Counted from the first letter of the stretch, positions 8,688 to 18,377 are shown. The stretch: 64,000 nt of DNA from Spirochaetia bacterium (GCA_965199955.1 CBDATQ010000001.1:800001-864000), one strand, 5' to 3'. Notes: a model not told the origin generated them from the sequence alone. Numbers and translations are program-made.

Positions 8688-9788
8688 ATGCGAATCACCA
8701 ACGTCAAGGTCGATCTGTTCGCGTGGAACAGCGAGGTGTGGACGACCGGCGGCGCCACGTTCGGCGGCGCCACGCAACTCGGCGTGGTAAGCGTGGAGAC
8801 CGACGCCGGCATCACCGGCAACGCGTTTCTGGGCAGCTCCCACCTGAGCGGGCATCACCTGGCCGGCCCGCTCGTCGATTACCTCAAGCCGGTCGTCATG
8901 GGCCAGGATCCGCAGGACATCGGCCGGCTGTGGCAGCGGCTCTGGAAGAAGAACCGCCAGGTGTCGATCCAGTCGATCGGCGCGATCGACGTCTGCCTGT
9001 GGGACATCAACGGCAAGGCCGCGGGCCTTCCCATCCACCGCCTGCTCGGCACCTGCAAGGACGCCGTTCCCGCATACTCCAGCACCGCCTTCCACGATAC
9101 CGTGGACGAATACGTCGAGGAGGCACTGCGCTTCAAGGAGATGGGCTGGACGGCGCACAAGATCCATCCGCACGGAGAGCCTGGCGCCGACGTCGAGATA
9201 TGCGGCGCCGTGCGCGAGGCGCTCGGAGACGACTTCATCCTGATGCTCGACGCGATGTGGGCCTTTCAGTATGCCGACGCGCTGCGCGTCGGCCGCGCCA
9301 TCGAGGAGCTCGGCTACTACTGGTACGAGGATCCGCTGGCCGAGGAGGACGTCTACAACTACGTGGACCTGGGGCAGAAGCTCGACATCCCGATCATGTG
9401 CACGGAATACGCTCCCGGCCGGTTTCCTGCCATGAACGCCTGGATCACGCAGCGGGCCACCGACATCCTTCGCGGCGACGTCGCCGTCACCGGCGGCATC
9501 ACGCCGCTCGTTCGCCAGTGCCATCTGGCCGAGGGCTTCGCCATGCGCTGCGAGATCCATCACGGCGGCAACAGCCTCAACAACGTCGCCAACCTGCACG
9601 TGACCATGGCCGTTCCCAACTGCGAGTTCTACGAGTTCTTCCCCTGTACCGGGGCGAACATGTACGGCCTGGTCCGGGACATCGAGGTCGACTCCGCCGG
9701 CATGGTCCACGCGCCGGACGAGCCCGGACTCGGCTATCCGATCGACTGGGACCTGGTGAAACGGGACCACATCGCCACGGTCGAGTAG
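8688..9788 (+). CDS. Mandelate racemase/muconate lactonising enzyme family (enolase superfamily) protein
   Basis: IDVCLWDINGKAAGLPIHRLLG, KIH, LMLDA, WYEDP, GGIT. Confidence 0.92.
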   Translation: MRITNVKVDLFAWNSEVWTTGGATFGGATQLGVVSVETDAGITGNAFLGSSHLSGHHLAGPLVDYLKPVVMGQDPQDIGRLWQRLWKKNRQVSIQSIGAIDVCLWDINGKAAGLPIHRLLGTCKDAVPAYSSTAFHDTVDEYVEEALRFKEMGWTAHKIHPHGEPGADVEICGAVREALGDDFILMLDAMWAFQYADALRVGRAIEELGYYWYEDPLAEEDVYNYVDLGQKLDIPIMCTEYAPGRFPAMNAWITQRATDILRGDVAVTGGITPLVRQCHLAEGFAMRCEIHHGGNSLNNVANLHVTMAVPNCEFYEFFPCTGANMYGLVRDIEVDSAGMVHAPDEPGLGYPIDWDLVKRDHIATVE

Positions 9789-9797
9789 GCCGGCGGA

Positions 9798-10043
9798 TCA
9801 CACGGCGCGGTTGTCGTCGGCGTAGGCGACGTTGCCGTCGACGCCGTGCAGGGTGCCGAGCTGCCAGACGCCCCGGAACAGGCTGCGGCGCCGGGGCGGC
9901 ATCGTCTCCGCGAACACCGGCGACCAGGCCAGCTCGTCGCCGGTGGCCATCAGGTGCCACTGCGCCCACACCGAGTTGTAGCAGGAGAGGGTGTCCGCCC
10001 TCTGCTGGTCGGTGAGGATGAGGAGGATGTTCTGACCGTTCAC
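9798..10043 (-). pseudogene. Sulfatase N-terminal stub fused in frame to an unrelated or distal tail
   Basis: NILLILTDQQRADTLSCY is a sulfatase start, but the CxPxR motif and the rest of the enzyme are absent (81 aa). Confidence 0.65.
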
Positions 10044-10071
10044 GAAGCGGTCCGCCGGCAGGCGAGGGGAG

Positions 10072-11085
10072 TCAGGCGGCACCGGCTGCCGCGGCCGTGG
10101 GCACCTCCGGGGCGAACTGGTAGTCGGGTTCACTCTTCTGCCGTTCGAGGATCCCGTCGATCTCTGTCCAGGTCTCGCGCAGGCCCCGCGTGCAGCGCGG
10201 CATGTCGTGCCGGATCAGCCGATGCAGGCGTCCGAGCCGGTAGCACGGGACGGCCGCGTACATGTGATGTTCGGTGTGGTAGTTCATGTGCCAGTAGAGG
10301 AATTGCAGCACTGGGCTGAGATAGATCGTCCGGCAGCACAGCCGGAAGTCGCGGACGTTGTCGGTGAGGCCGATGTGCTGCGCCTCGTTGCACAGCCGCT
10401 GCAGCCAGCCGCCGAACACCTTCGGAAAGGTGATCACCAGCGGCACCACCCACAGACCGTGGGCCAGCGCCGCGGCGGCGATAGCCAAGTGCCCGATAAG
10501 CAGGATGCGGTCCCAGGTCTGCCGCACGCGGCGGCGCTCGGTCGCGCTCGGCGGGAACAGGTAGGCCATCCACGAGCCTTCCGGGCCGACGTAGCCGAAT
10601 GCGTTCCGCACGTAGGCGTGCACCTGCGTAGGGATGTAGCTCAGGTTGACGATGCCCCACTTCCAGATGCCCCGCAGGTCGAAGTCGCGCGGCAGCTCCA
10701 CCTCGCGGTCGGCCGGGGGATGCAGGGCGTACTTGTGGTGCTCGGCATGGCTGGCCCAGAACGCGTGATGGCTGTGCCAGCCCAGGAACGCGTAGATCCG
10801 CAGGAACAGCCGGTTGAGCCACATGGTCCGGAACACCGAGTCGTGGACCAGCTCGTGAAAGCCGTTGACGACGAAGTGCCAGACGTGGCCGTTGACCAGC
10901 ACCAGCGCGGCCGTGACGTACCACGGCCAGTGCAGCGAGGAGTAGATCGCCGTTCCCGATGTCGCCGCCAGCACGGCCAGGAATCCCAGGGTCTGCGCGA
11001 ACCCCAGGAGGTCGCTGCGCTGGTTCAGCTCCTTGAGCCGTTCCCGCGGGACCGGGCAGCGGTACCAGTCGATTCGCCTACTCAT
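10072..11085 (-). CDS. Fatty acid desaturase superfamily di-iron oxygenase, MocD-like
   Basis: His boxes HELVH, HAEHH, HTEHH; QHIGL.DNV.DFRL..RTIY..P..FLYW.MNYH.EHHM. Confidence 0.88.
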   Translation of the reverse strand: MSRRIDWYRCPVPRERLKELNQRSDLLGFAQTLGFLAVLAATSGTAIYSSLHWPWYVTAALVLVNGHVWHFVVNGFHELVHDSVFRTMWLNRLFLRIYAFLGWHSHHAFWASHAEHHKYALHPPADREVELPRDFDLRGIWKWGIVNLSYIPTQVHAYVRNAFGYVGPEGSWMAYLFPPSATERRRVRQTWDRILLIGHLAIAAAALAHGLWVVPLVITFPKVFGGWLQRLCNEAQHIGLTDNVRDFRLCCRTIYLSPVLQFLYWHMNYHTEHHMYAAVPCYRLGRLHRLIRHDMPRCTRGLRETWTEIDGILERQKSEPDYQFAPEVPTAAAAGAA

Positions 11086-11145
11086 GAAGGGACCCACTAT
11101 ACCCGCGCCGGGGAGAGGGAAGCCATCGTGCGCACCAGGGAACAG

Positions 11146-11940
11146 CTACGACGTGCCGCCCCACCAGCGGCGGATGCAGTCGGCGTTGTGGCGGGCCACC
11201 GACTCGCGGCTGGCGGCGCTCCAGCCGCTCTCGATGACCGTGATCAAGCCGTCGTAGCCGTGCCGCCTGCACGCGCTAAGAATCGCCGGCCAGTCCTGCA
11301 CGCCGGGCGCGTTCGGCAGCGCGGCGCCCCAGCCCTGCCCGTCATGCACGAGGAACGGCGTGTCGACGCCCGTGGCACGCCGGAACGAATGCACGAGCAG
11401 GTTGCGCATGTGCGGCAGCAGCGACGGAATGCATCCCAGGTAGTCCTCGCCCGCCATGTACAGGTGTGCGGAATCGTAGAGCAGGCCGTAATTGCGATGG
11501 GCGACCTGCGAGAGCAGGCGGCGGGTGCCGGCCACCGTCTGCAGGGCGCTGCCGACGTGGTTGTTGCCGGCCAGCATGACGCCGTGTGCCTGCGCCCGCT
11601 CCGCGGCCTCGGGCAGCCACGCGGGATCCGAGCTGATCTTCAGCAGCCGGCAATCGAGGTCGGCGCAGAGTTCCAGGTAGCGGTCGAGGAACGCGTCCCG
11701 CTCGTCACCGCCGGCAGGCAGTCCGCGTGCGGTCAGGCAGGTCACGGTCAACCCCTCGCCACGGACGATGTCCGCAAGCTCCCGGCGGCGGGCCGGCGGG
11801 GCATCCGGCGCGATCTGGGTCCGGCGAAGCTCCACACCGCCGTATCCAGCCGACCGCGCGATCCGGCAGAACCGGGCGAACGACACCGACTGCGCCCGGT
11901 AGCGCTCCTCGAACAGGAACCCGCTCAGCGCCAGCAGCAC
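11146..11940 (-). CDS. Sugar phosphate isomerase/epimerase (xylose isomerase-like TIM barrel)
   Basis: GYGGVEL, GLLYDSAHL, GYDGLITVIE; start GTG 11940 directly after the upstream stop. Confidence 0.8.
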   Translation of the reverse strand: MLLALSGFLFEERYRAQSVSFARFCRIARSAGYGGVELRRTQIAPDAPPARRRELADIVRGEGLTVTCLTARGLPAGGDERDAFLDRYLELCADLDCRLLKISSDPAWLPEAAERAQAHGVMLAGNNHVGSALQTVAGTRRLLSQVAHRNYGLLYDSAHLYMAGEDYLGCIPSLLPHMRNLLVHSFRRATGVDTPFLVHDGQGWGAALPNAPGVQDWPAILSACRRHGYDGLITVIESGWSAASRESVARHNADCIRRWWGGTS

Positions 11941-11945
11941 GGGCG

Positions 11946-13112
11946 CTACGCCATCGCCGCGCGCACCTCTGCGCCGAGCCGCTTGTAGGCGGTGTCGTCG
12001 TGCGCGTGCCCGTAGCGCCACGCGCCCCGCCAGCCGGTCTCCCGCCGGATGTCCAGCAGGTCGACGCAGATCGTGAAGCCCGCTCCGTAGATGGCCAGCC
12101 CGAACGCGTCGCCCTGCGGGGTGGCGGGGGCCATGTCCCACATCAGCCACGTCGGGATGCAGTGGTCGGGGTAGCTCGCCAGGCCCTCGTCTGCCTGCAG
12201 GTGGGTGTCGAGGATGAACGCGATCCGGTGCGCGGCGAGCTTCAGGATCTCCTCCCGGCGGTAGCCGGGCGCGTGGTCGTTCGCCGCCGCCAGGTCGTAG
12301 AACGCGTCGAACTCCTCGCACGGGAACAGGTTGTCGTCGTACCCGGGGTGGTACATCCTGGCCAGCACCGAGTCGATGAGCGTGTCGGCGCGCGGGACCG
12401 TCAGTCCCAGCGGCTCGAGCACGGCGATGATGATCTTGAAGGTGGTCTGGATGCCCCGGCCCCAGAAGCCGGTGCGCGGGTCCTGCCGTGAGTACACCCA
12501 GCGCAGGCACTCCAGCAGCGGGTCGATCGGCGTGGTGCCGGCCAGGTGCCAGTCCGCGAGACGCTTGACCATGCGGCCGACCCAGCTCCAGTTCGGCTCG
12601 ACGCTCGTGATCCACGGCAGGACCCGCTCCGGCTCGTCCTGTTGCGGCCAGTCGGGCGGCGGCGGGATCTGCAACTGGTCGACGCCGTCCACGCCGTAGC
12701 CGCGCAGGCAGCCGTGCGAATACTGGTTCATCGCCTCCTTGTGGGCGGCGGTGGGCGGCCACGGCTCGGCGTCGTCGTCCCAGTTCGGCGGCTTGTAGGC
12801 GAGCAGCGCCGGGTCCTCGTAGCTGCCCGGCGCCACCTGCAGCGACTCGATCCACTCCCGTCCGAGCCGCTGCTGATCGGCGTCGAGCACGCGCTCCAGG
12901 ATGCCCGCCTCCTTGAGCTGTCCCAGGATGTAGTTGGTGGCGGCCACGTTCGCGCTGCGAACGGAATCGACCGCCCAGCTCATCCGGAACGGCGCCTGCG
13001 GGTCGCGCACCCGGTCGGCCCAGCGCACGAAGCCGTCGCTCGCCGCCGTGAGCCGTTCCACGGCTGCCGCCTTCAATCGCTCGAGGTCCTGTTCCAGAAA
13101 TGACGTGTCCAT
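11946..13112 (-). CDS. Hypothetical alpha-helical protein with QDxxTGxW motif
   Basis: RQDPRTGFWG...TFKI...VPRADTLIDSVL...C..FD...GYRREEI; paralog of 717..2024; strong GC3 bias. Confidence 0.75.
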   Translation of the reverse strand: MDTSFLEQDLERLKAAAVERLTAASDGFVRWADRVRDPQAPFRMSWAVDSVRSANVAATNYILGQLKEAGILERVLDADQQRLGREWIESLQVAPGSYEDPALLAYKPPNWDDDAEPWPPTAAHKEAMNQYSHGCLRGYGVDGVDQLQIPPPPDWPQQDEPERVLPWITSVEPNWSWVGRMVKRLADWHLAGTTPIDPLLECLRWVYSRQDPRTGFWGRGIQTTFKIIIAVLEPLGLTVPRADTLIDSVLARMYHPGYDDNLFPCEEFDAFYDLAAANDHAPGYRREEILKLAAHRIAFILDTHLQADEGLASYPDHCIPTWLMWDMAPATPQGDAFGLAIYGAGFTICVDLLDIRRETGWRGAWRYGHAHDDTAYKRLGAEVRAAMA

Positions 13113-13199
13113 CGCGCCGGCTCGGTCCTCCCGTCAGAGGGGATGATAGTCTCTGCCGGGTAGCATTATTGATCGATACAGCTATATGGTCCACTCGTG

Positions 13200-13478
13200 A
13201 TGAAGACCACGATCGACATTTCCGACGATCTTCTTGCCCGGGCGAAGGAGCTTTCCGCGCGGGAGGGCTCAACCCTGAAGGACTTGGCGGAGGAGGGGCT
13301 GGAGCTTGTCATCGAGCGTCACACGAATCGGTCCAGGGCCTGCATCCGCCCGGTGGTGGTCGACGGCGCCGGACTCTCCGACCGGTTCCGCGGAGCGTCC
13401 TGGGCGGAGATACGGGCCGAGATCTACGGGGGTGAGACCGGAAGCCCCGGCGGTCCGGCACGCGGGCCGAACAAGTGA
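13200..13478 (+). CDS. vapB: VapB-type antitoxin
   Basis: MKTTIDISDDLLARAK RHH-like start; stop overlaps the start of the PIN gene. Confidence 0.8.
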   Translation: MKTTIDISDDLLARAKELSAREGSTLKDLAEEGLELVIERHTNRSRACIRPVVVDGAGLSDRFRGASWAEIRAEIYGGETGSPGGPARGPNK

Positions 13479-13924
13479 TCGCAGTCGACACCAACATCCT
13501 GGTGTATGCCCATCGAGCGGATTCTGAGTGGCACCAGCCCGCCCTTCGGCACCTGACGGGTCTTGCGGAGGGCCATTCGAGATGGGCCGTGCCATGGCCG
13601 TGCGTCCACGAATTCCTGGCGATCGTGACCCATCCGCGGATCTACCAGCCGGCCACACCGCCTGCCTTGGCCATCGACAGCATGCGCGTGTGGCTGGAGT
13701 CGCCGCTCTGTACCGCGATCGGCGAGGGGACTTCCTACCTGGATCGACTCGAGAAGCTGGTCGTGGACGGTGCGGTCGTCGGGGGTATGGTCCACGATGC
13801 ACGAATTGCCGCCATCTGCATCCACCATGCGGTAACGCTCCTGTGGACGGCGGACCGCGATCTCTCCCGATTCGGGGAGATCAAGACCTTCAATCCTTGC
13901 GCGGTAGGCCGGAGTCAGCCGTAG
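13475..13924 (+). CDS. vapC: VapC PIN-domain toxin
   Basis: IAVDTNILVYAH, HEFL..VTHPRI, VHDARIAA, TADRD. Confidence 0.9.
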   Translation: MIAVDTNILVYAHRADSEWHQPALRHLTGLAEGHSRWAVPWPCVHEFLAIVTHPRIYQPATPPALAIDSMRVWLESPLCTAIGEGTSYLDRLEKLVVDGAVVGGMVHDARIAAICIHHAVTLLWTADRDLSRFGEIKTFNPCAVGRSQP

Positions 13925-13980
13925 AAGCGGCGCGAACGAGCGCGCCCCGACCTGCGGAGCTCCTCGCCTAGCTATCCTCC

Positions 13981-15035
13981 ATGCGGCACGAGTCCCCGTG
14001 GCCGATCGGCCCCGCCGACGTCGATGGCCTCTTGTACGACATCCGTCCCCTGCGCGTGGCGGTGATCGGCGACTTCTGCCTCGACGTCTATCTGGTGCTC
14101 GATCCGGCCGCCGCCGAGGTCTCCGTCGAAACCGGCCTGCCGACCCGCCCGGTCGCCGAGCAGCGCTACTCGCTCGGCGGCGCCGGCAACGTGGCGGCCA
14201 ATCTTGCCGCGCTCGGCTGCGCGGAGGTGTGCGCCTTCGGCGTGATCGGCGATGATCCGTTCGGGGCGGAGATGGCGCGCATCCTGCGGCGTAGCGGGAT
14301 CGACACCGGCGGCTTGCTGATCCAGGGCGCTGAGTGGGACACCTGCACCTACACCAAGGTGTTCGAAGCGGGTGAAGGTGAGCAGCGCGAGTCCAACCGT
14401 ATCGACTACGGCACCTCCAACCGGCTGCGGCCGAAGACCGCGGACCATCTGGTCGCGCGGCTCGCCGGCGTGCTGGCGGACGGGCTGGTCGATGCCGTGG
14501 TCATCAACCAGCAGGTGCGGAACGGCGTACACACCGGGCGCCTGCGCCGCTGCCTGCAGGATCTGATCCGCCGACACCCGAAGACGCCGTGGGTCGCCGA
14601 CAGCCGGCACTTCGCGGATGCCTTCGCGGGCACCGTCCGGAAACTCAACGAAGCCGAGGCCGCGGCCGTGGCGGGAGGCGCGCTCGCCTCAGGCGGCCCG
14701 GCCCGGCCCGGCCCGCTCCCGCGGCCGCGTGCGAGCTGTTCCGGCGCTGGGGGAAGCCGGTGTTCGTGACCCGCGGGGCCCGTGGCTGCCTGGCCTGCGC
14801 CGCTGGCGGGGTGATCGAGCTGGCGGCGCCGAGTGTGCCGGCCGACGTGGACCCGGTCGGCGCGGGCGACGCGTTCCTGGCCGGCCTTGCGGCTGCTCTG
14901 GCGGCCGGCCGTGAACCGGGTGTGGCAGCGGCGTTCGCGGGACTGGCTGCCGGCGTCACCGTCACCAAACTGCACCGCACCGGCACCGCCTCGCCCGGCG
15001 AAATACGCGAGCTGGCGCGTCGGCAGATTTGGTAG
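13981..15035 (+). pseudogene. PfkB-family carbohydrate kinase (RfaE/HldE kinase-domain-like), frameshifted
   Basis: N half VIGDFCLDVY...GGAGNVAANLAALG in the frame of 13981; C half VTRGARG...DPVGAGDAF in the frame of 14589; switch at the GGCCC tract. Confidence 0.85.
14695..14714. repeat. (GGCCC)4 simple sequence repeat at the frameshift
   Basis: ggcccggcccggcccggccc. Confidence 0.85.
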
Positions 15036-15112
15036 TGAGCGACCTCGAAGCGTTCGGCGCCTTTCTCCGCGACCGCGCCAGCGGCGGGATAGCGTCGCCG
15101 GCGGAACCTCTT

Positions 15113-16183
15113 CTACCGGCCGGAGGTCGCGCCGTCGGGCGGCAGCCGGCGCTTGCGGCGCATGCGTTCGTAGGACTCCGGCGTGCCGTCGTGGAACGAG
15201 CCGAACCGCCGGTCGAACGGGATGCCCGTGGTGCCGTAGTTGCACTCGAAGTGGCGATGGTGCAGGTAGTGGAAGTAGTTGTCGATCGAGATCCGCGTGT
15301 CCGAGTCCTTCTTGAGGACGAGCTGGTCGAACCCGGCATGCCCCACCGCAGGACCGATGGCGGGACGCTGCATCAGGTACAGCATGTGGATCGGGTGGGA
15401 CGGAACCACCAGCAGGATGATCCAGCGCGTGAAGTAGAGCAGGTGCTCGATCGGGTGCATGGACAGCCCCGACCAGGGGCCGACGTTGGTGTTGCGATGG
15501 TGCAGGTAGTGCGCGGCCTTGTAGAGCGGCTTTCAGTGCGTGATGCGGTGGACGACGTAGAAGTGAAAGTCCTGCCAGAAGGGCAGGACCAGGAAGAACG
15601 CGAAGTGCCACACGGGATTGGCGCGCAGAGCGGCGAACGGCAACACGCCGTGGCCGTAGGCCCACAGCAGCAGCACCTCGTACAGCGTCCAGATGGTGGC
15701 GCCGCTGGCGATGCTCCAGAACATGTTGTCCCACGTCTGGTTGTTGAACAGGAACGCCTTGCTCTTCGTGCTCGGCCAGCGCTTGTTGTACTTGAAGCGG
15801 GTGTCCTGCGTGCGCCGCCAGTACAGGATCACGTGCCAGACGCCGGCGAGCACCAGCAGCATCGCCACGTTGCGCGCGTACATCGGCAGGATCCAGTCGG
15901 CGCGCAACTGCGTGAAGGTCGTCAGGTCGTGCGCGCCCGGCTGCAGGAACCGCCAGGTGACCCAGGCGAGCCCGTAATAGAAGGCCGCACCGAACGGCCA
16001 CAGGAATCCCGGAAACCCGATCAGGAAGCGCAGCAGCTTCGCAGGCTGCGGCGGCCAGACGAAAGGCTGGCCGGCCTGCAGCACCCTGGGCACCCATTCG
16101 CCTCTGGAGTCCCGCGTCGCCGCGCCGTCGTCGACGCGAGCGGTGACTTCTTCCGGAGCCCGAGCCTGAACGGTATCAGCCAT
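15113..16183 (-). pseudogene. Sterol desaturase/fatty acid hydroxylase family protein interrupted by an in-frame TGA
   Basis: FYVVHRITH-TGA(15533-15535)-KPLYKAAHYLHHRN...PWSGLSMHPIEH...HYLHHRHFECNYG, all in one frame. Confidence 0.85.
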
Positions 16184-16241
16184 CAGCACACCATGGTCCG
16201 CATGGGCCAAGCTGTCAACGACGCGCAGGGCGGTGCCCGGC

Positions 16242-16970
16242 TCAGACGGCAGTGAATCCCCCGTCCACGGGAACGACGGCCCCGTGCACCATGTCGGCCA
16301 GGTCGCTGAGCAGCCAGGCCACCGCGTGCGCCACGTCCAGCGGCCGCGCGAACCGGCCGCGCGGTATGCGGGCCATCATCGGCTCCCGCCTGGCCGGGTC
16401 GCTCCACGCCAGATCCGCCATCGGCGTCAGCGTGACCGTGGGATTGACGGCGTTGACCCGGATGTCGTGCGGTCCCAGCTCCAGCGCCATCACGCGGGTG
16501 AGTTGGTCCAGGGCTCCCTTGGAGGCGCCGTAGGACGCATGATCGGCCAGCCCTCGCATCGACGCCTGGCTCGACAGGTTGACGATCGCCCCACCGCCGC
16601 GCGCGATCATGCCGCGGGCGATCACCTGGGTGACGATCAGGACGGCGCGGACGTTGACCGCCATCGTCGCGTCGAAGGCGTCGGCGGTCGTCTCCAGGAA
16701 CGGCTGCGGAATGGAGATGCCGGCGTTGTTGACCAGCAGATCGGCATTCCCGGCCTGTTCGGCGGCCCGCCGGGCCTCCCGCGCATCGCTCAGGTCGGCG
16801 AGGATCGTGCCGCAGCCCGTCTCCGCCTGGAGGGTTTCCAGGTCCTCCGCGGTGCGGCTGAGCGCCGTGACCTGCGCCCCGAGCTCGCCGAGCAACGCGG
16901 CGATCTCGCGCCCGATCCCCTTGCCCGCGCCCGTCACCAGCGCGCGCTTGCCGCGGAAGTCGATCTCCAT
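16242..16970 (-). CDS. SDR oxidoreductase, L-xylulose reductase (DCXR)-like
   Basis: TGAGKGIG, YGASK, MALELGPHDIRVNAVNPTV, WSDP; alternative start at 16994 coupled to the upstream stop. Confidence 0.85.
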   Translation of the reverse strand: MEIDFRGKRALVTGAGKGIGREIAALLGELGAQVTALSRTAEDLETLQAETGCGTILADLSDAREARRAAEQAGNADLLVNNAGISIPQPFLETTADAFDATMAVNVRAVLIVTQVIARGMIARGGGAIVNLSSQASMRGLADHASYGASKGALDQLTRVMALELGPHDIRVNAVNPTVTLTPMADLAWSDPARREPMMARIPRGRFARPLDVAHAVAWLLSDLADMVHGAVVPVDGGFTAV

Positions 16971-16990
16971 GGTGCCCATCTTCCCGGCCG

Positions 16991-18031
16991 TCATCCCGCG
17001 CCCAGGTCGATCTGGACCTTGACGCTGGTCGGCGGCATGGCGCACGCGTAGTCGAAGGCACGCACGCTCTGGCCAAAGGCGAACGTGTCGGTGATCAGGG
17101 GCTTCACGTCGATCCGGCCGCCCGCCATCAGCGCCAGCGCGCGCGGGTAGACGTGGGCGTAGCGGAAGACGGTCTCGATGCGCGCTTCCTTGACTTGGGC
17201 CGCCACCACGTCGAAGGCGACCGGCTCTCCCGGCATGCCGATCAGGACCACCCGGCCGCCCGGAGCCAGCGGTTCGAGCATGCCCGCGGCCGCCGCCGGG
17301 CTGCCCGAGCACTCGAACACGATGTCGGCGCCCCAGCCGTCGGTGAGGCCGGCGGTCACCTCCGCCAGATCCTCCTGCGCGGGGTCGACGGTCGTCACCG
17401 GACCGAGCGAGGCGGCCAGCTCCCGCTTGGGCTGCGCGGGGTCGGCGATCACGATGCGGCTGCACCCGCCGGCCAGCGCCGCCAACGCCGTGACCATGCC
17501 GATCGGGCCGGCGCCGATCACCACGGCAGCGTCACCCGGCTGGATGCGGGCCTTGTTGGCGGCGTGCATGCCGACCGCCAGCGGCTCGACCATCGCCGCC
17601 TCGCCGAAGCCGACGTTGTCGGGAATCCGGAACGTGAACGCCGCCGGATGCACGACCGTGGGGCGGAGCACGCCGTGCACGGGCGGCGTTGCCCAGAAGC
17701 GCACCGCGGGATCGAGGTTGTAGATGCCCGGCCGGGATGCCTTGCTTGTGGGGTCGGGGATGCCCGGCTCCATGGTCACGCGATCGCCCGCCTGCAGGTG
17801 GCGCACCGCGGTGCCCACTTCGACGACGACGCCGGCGGCCTCGTGCCCGAGCACCATCGGCGCGTCCACGACGAACGGCCCGATCCGACCGTGCTGGTAG
17901 TAGTGCACGTCGCTGCCGCAGATCCCGACGGTATCGATGGCGATGCGCACGTCGTCGGCCGCCAGCGGCTCATCCAGATCGATCTCGCGCAGGGCGAGTT
18001 GATGTTTCCGCTCCAGCACCAGCGCTTGCAT
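16991..18031 (-). CDS. Zn-dependent xylitol/sorbitol dehydrogenase (D-xylulose reductase-like)
   Basis: [39 protein letters not shown]. Confidence 0.9.
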   Translation of the reverse strand: MQALVLERKHQLALREIDLDEPLAADDVRIAIDTVGICGSDVHYYQHGRIGPFVVDAPMVLGHEAAGVVVEVGTAVRHLQAGDRVTMEPGIPDPTSKASRPGIYNLDPAVRFWATPPVHGVLRPTVVHPAAFTFRIPDNVGFGEAAMVEPLAVGMHAANKARIQPGDAAVVIGAGPIGMVTALAALAGGCSRIVIADPAQPKRELAASLGPVTTVDPAQEDLAEVTAGLTDGWGADIVFECSGSPAAAAGMLEPLAPGGRVVLIGMPGEPVAFDVVAAQVKEARIETVFRYAHVYPRALALMAGGRIDVKPLITDTFAFGQSVRAFDYACAMPPTSVKVQIDLGAG

Positions 18032-18087
18032 ACGCCCTCCTCCGTTCGCGTGCAGGATAGCATCGGACTCAATCGATATCCTTGGAG

Positions 18088-18139
18088 TTGACTGCGGGGA
18101 GCCGGGCGGTCACTGTGATCGAATGAAGAACATCACAGT
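18088..18139 (+). promoter_or_regulatory. Putative TA promoter with overlapping inverted-repeat operator
   Basis: TTGACT-17 nt-CACTGT ending 6 nt before ATG 18123; ACTGTGAT (18112-18119) pairs with ATCACAGT (18132-18139). Confidence 0.55.
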
Positions 18140-18377
18140 ATCTGTGGACGACAAGGTCTATCACAGGGCGCGGATGTGGGCTGCAGAGCGACGGACGTCG
18201 GTCTCGGCGATGGTGCGGCAGATGCTGGCAGACGTCGCGGAAGAGGAGACTCCGTTCGAGAGGCTCCGCCGCGAGGAGCGCGAGTTGCGGGATCGCCTCA
18301 GGAGCCGCGGAGTCAGGTTCGCGGCGTCCGACCGGCTCTCCCGCGATGCCCTGCACGATCGCCATGCGCTTCGTTGA
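18123..18377 (+). CDS. RHH antitoxin
   Basis: MKNITVSVDD.VY.RAR..AA..TSVS; overlaps the PIN gene. Confidence 0.82.
   Translation: MKNITVSVDDKVYHRARMWAAERRTSVSAMVRQMLADVAEEETPFERLRREERELRDRLRSRGVRFAASDRLSRDALHDRHALR

Noticed and set aside
15533..15535. UGA as selenocysteine or a reassigned genetic code
   Set aside because: Position corresponds to Trp, not Cys; TGA is the ordinary stop of many genes here and TGG encodes Trp throughout
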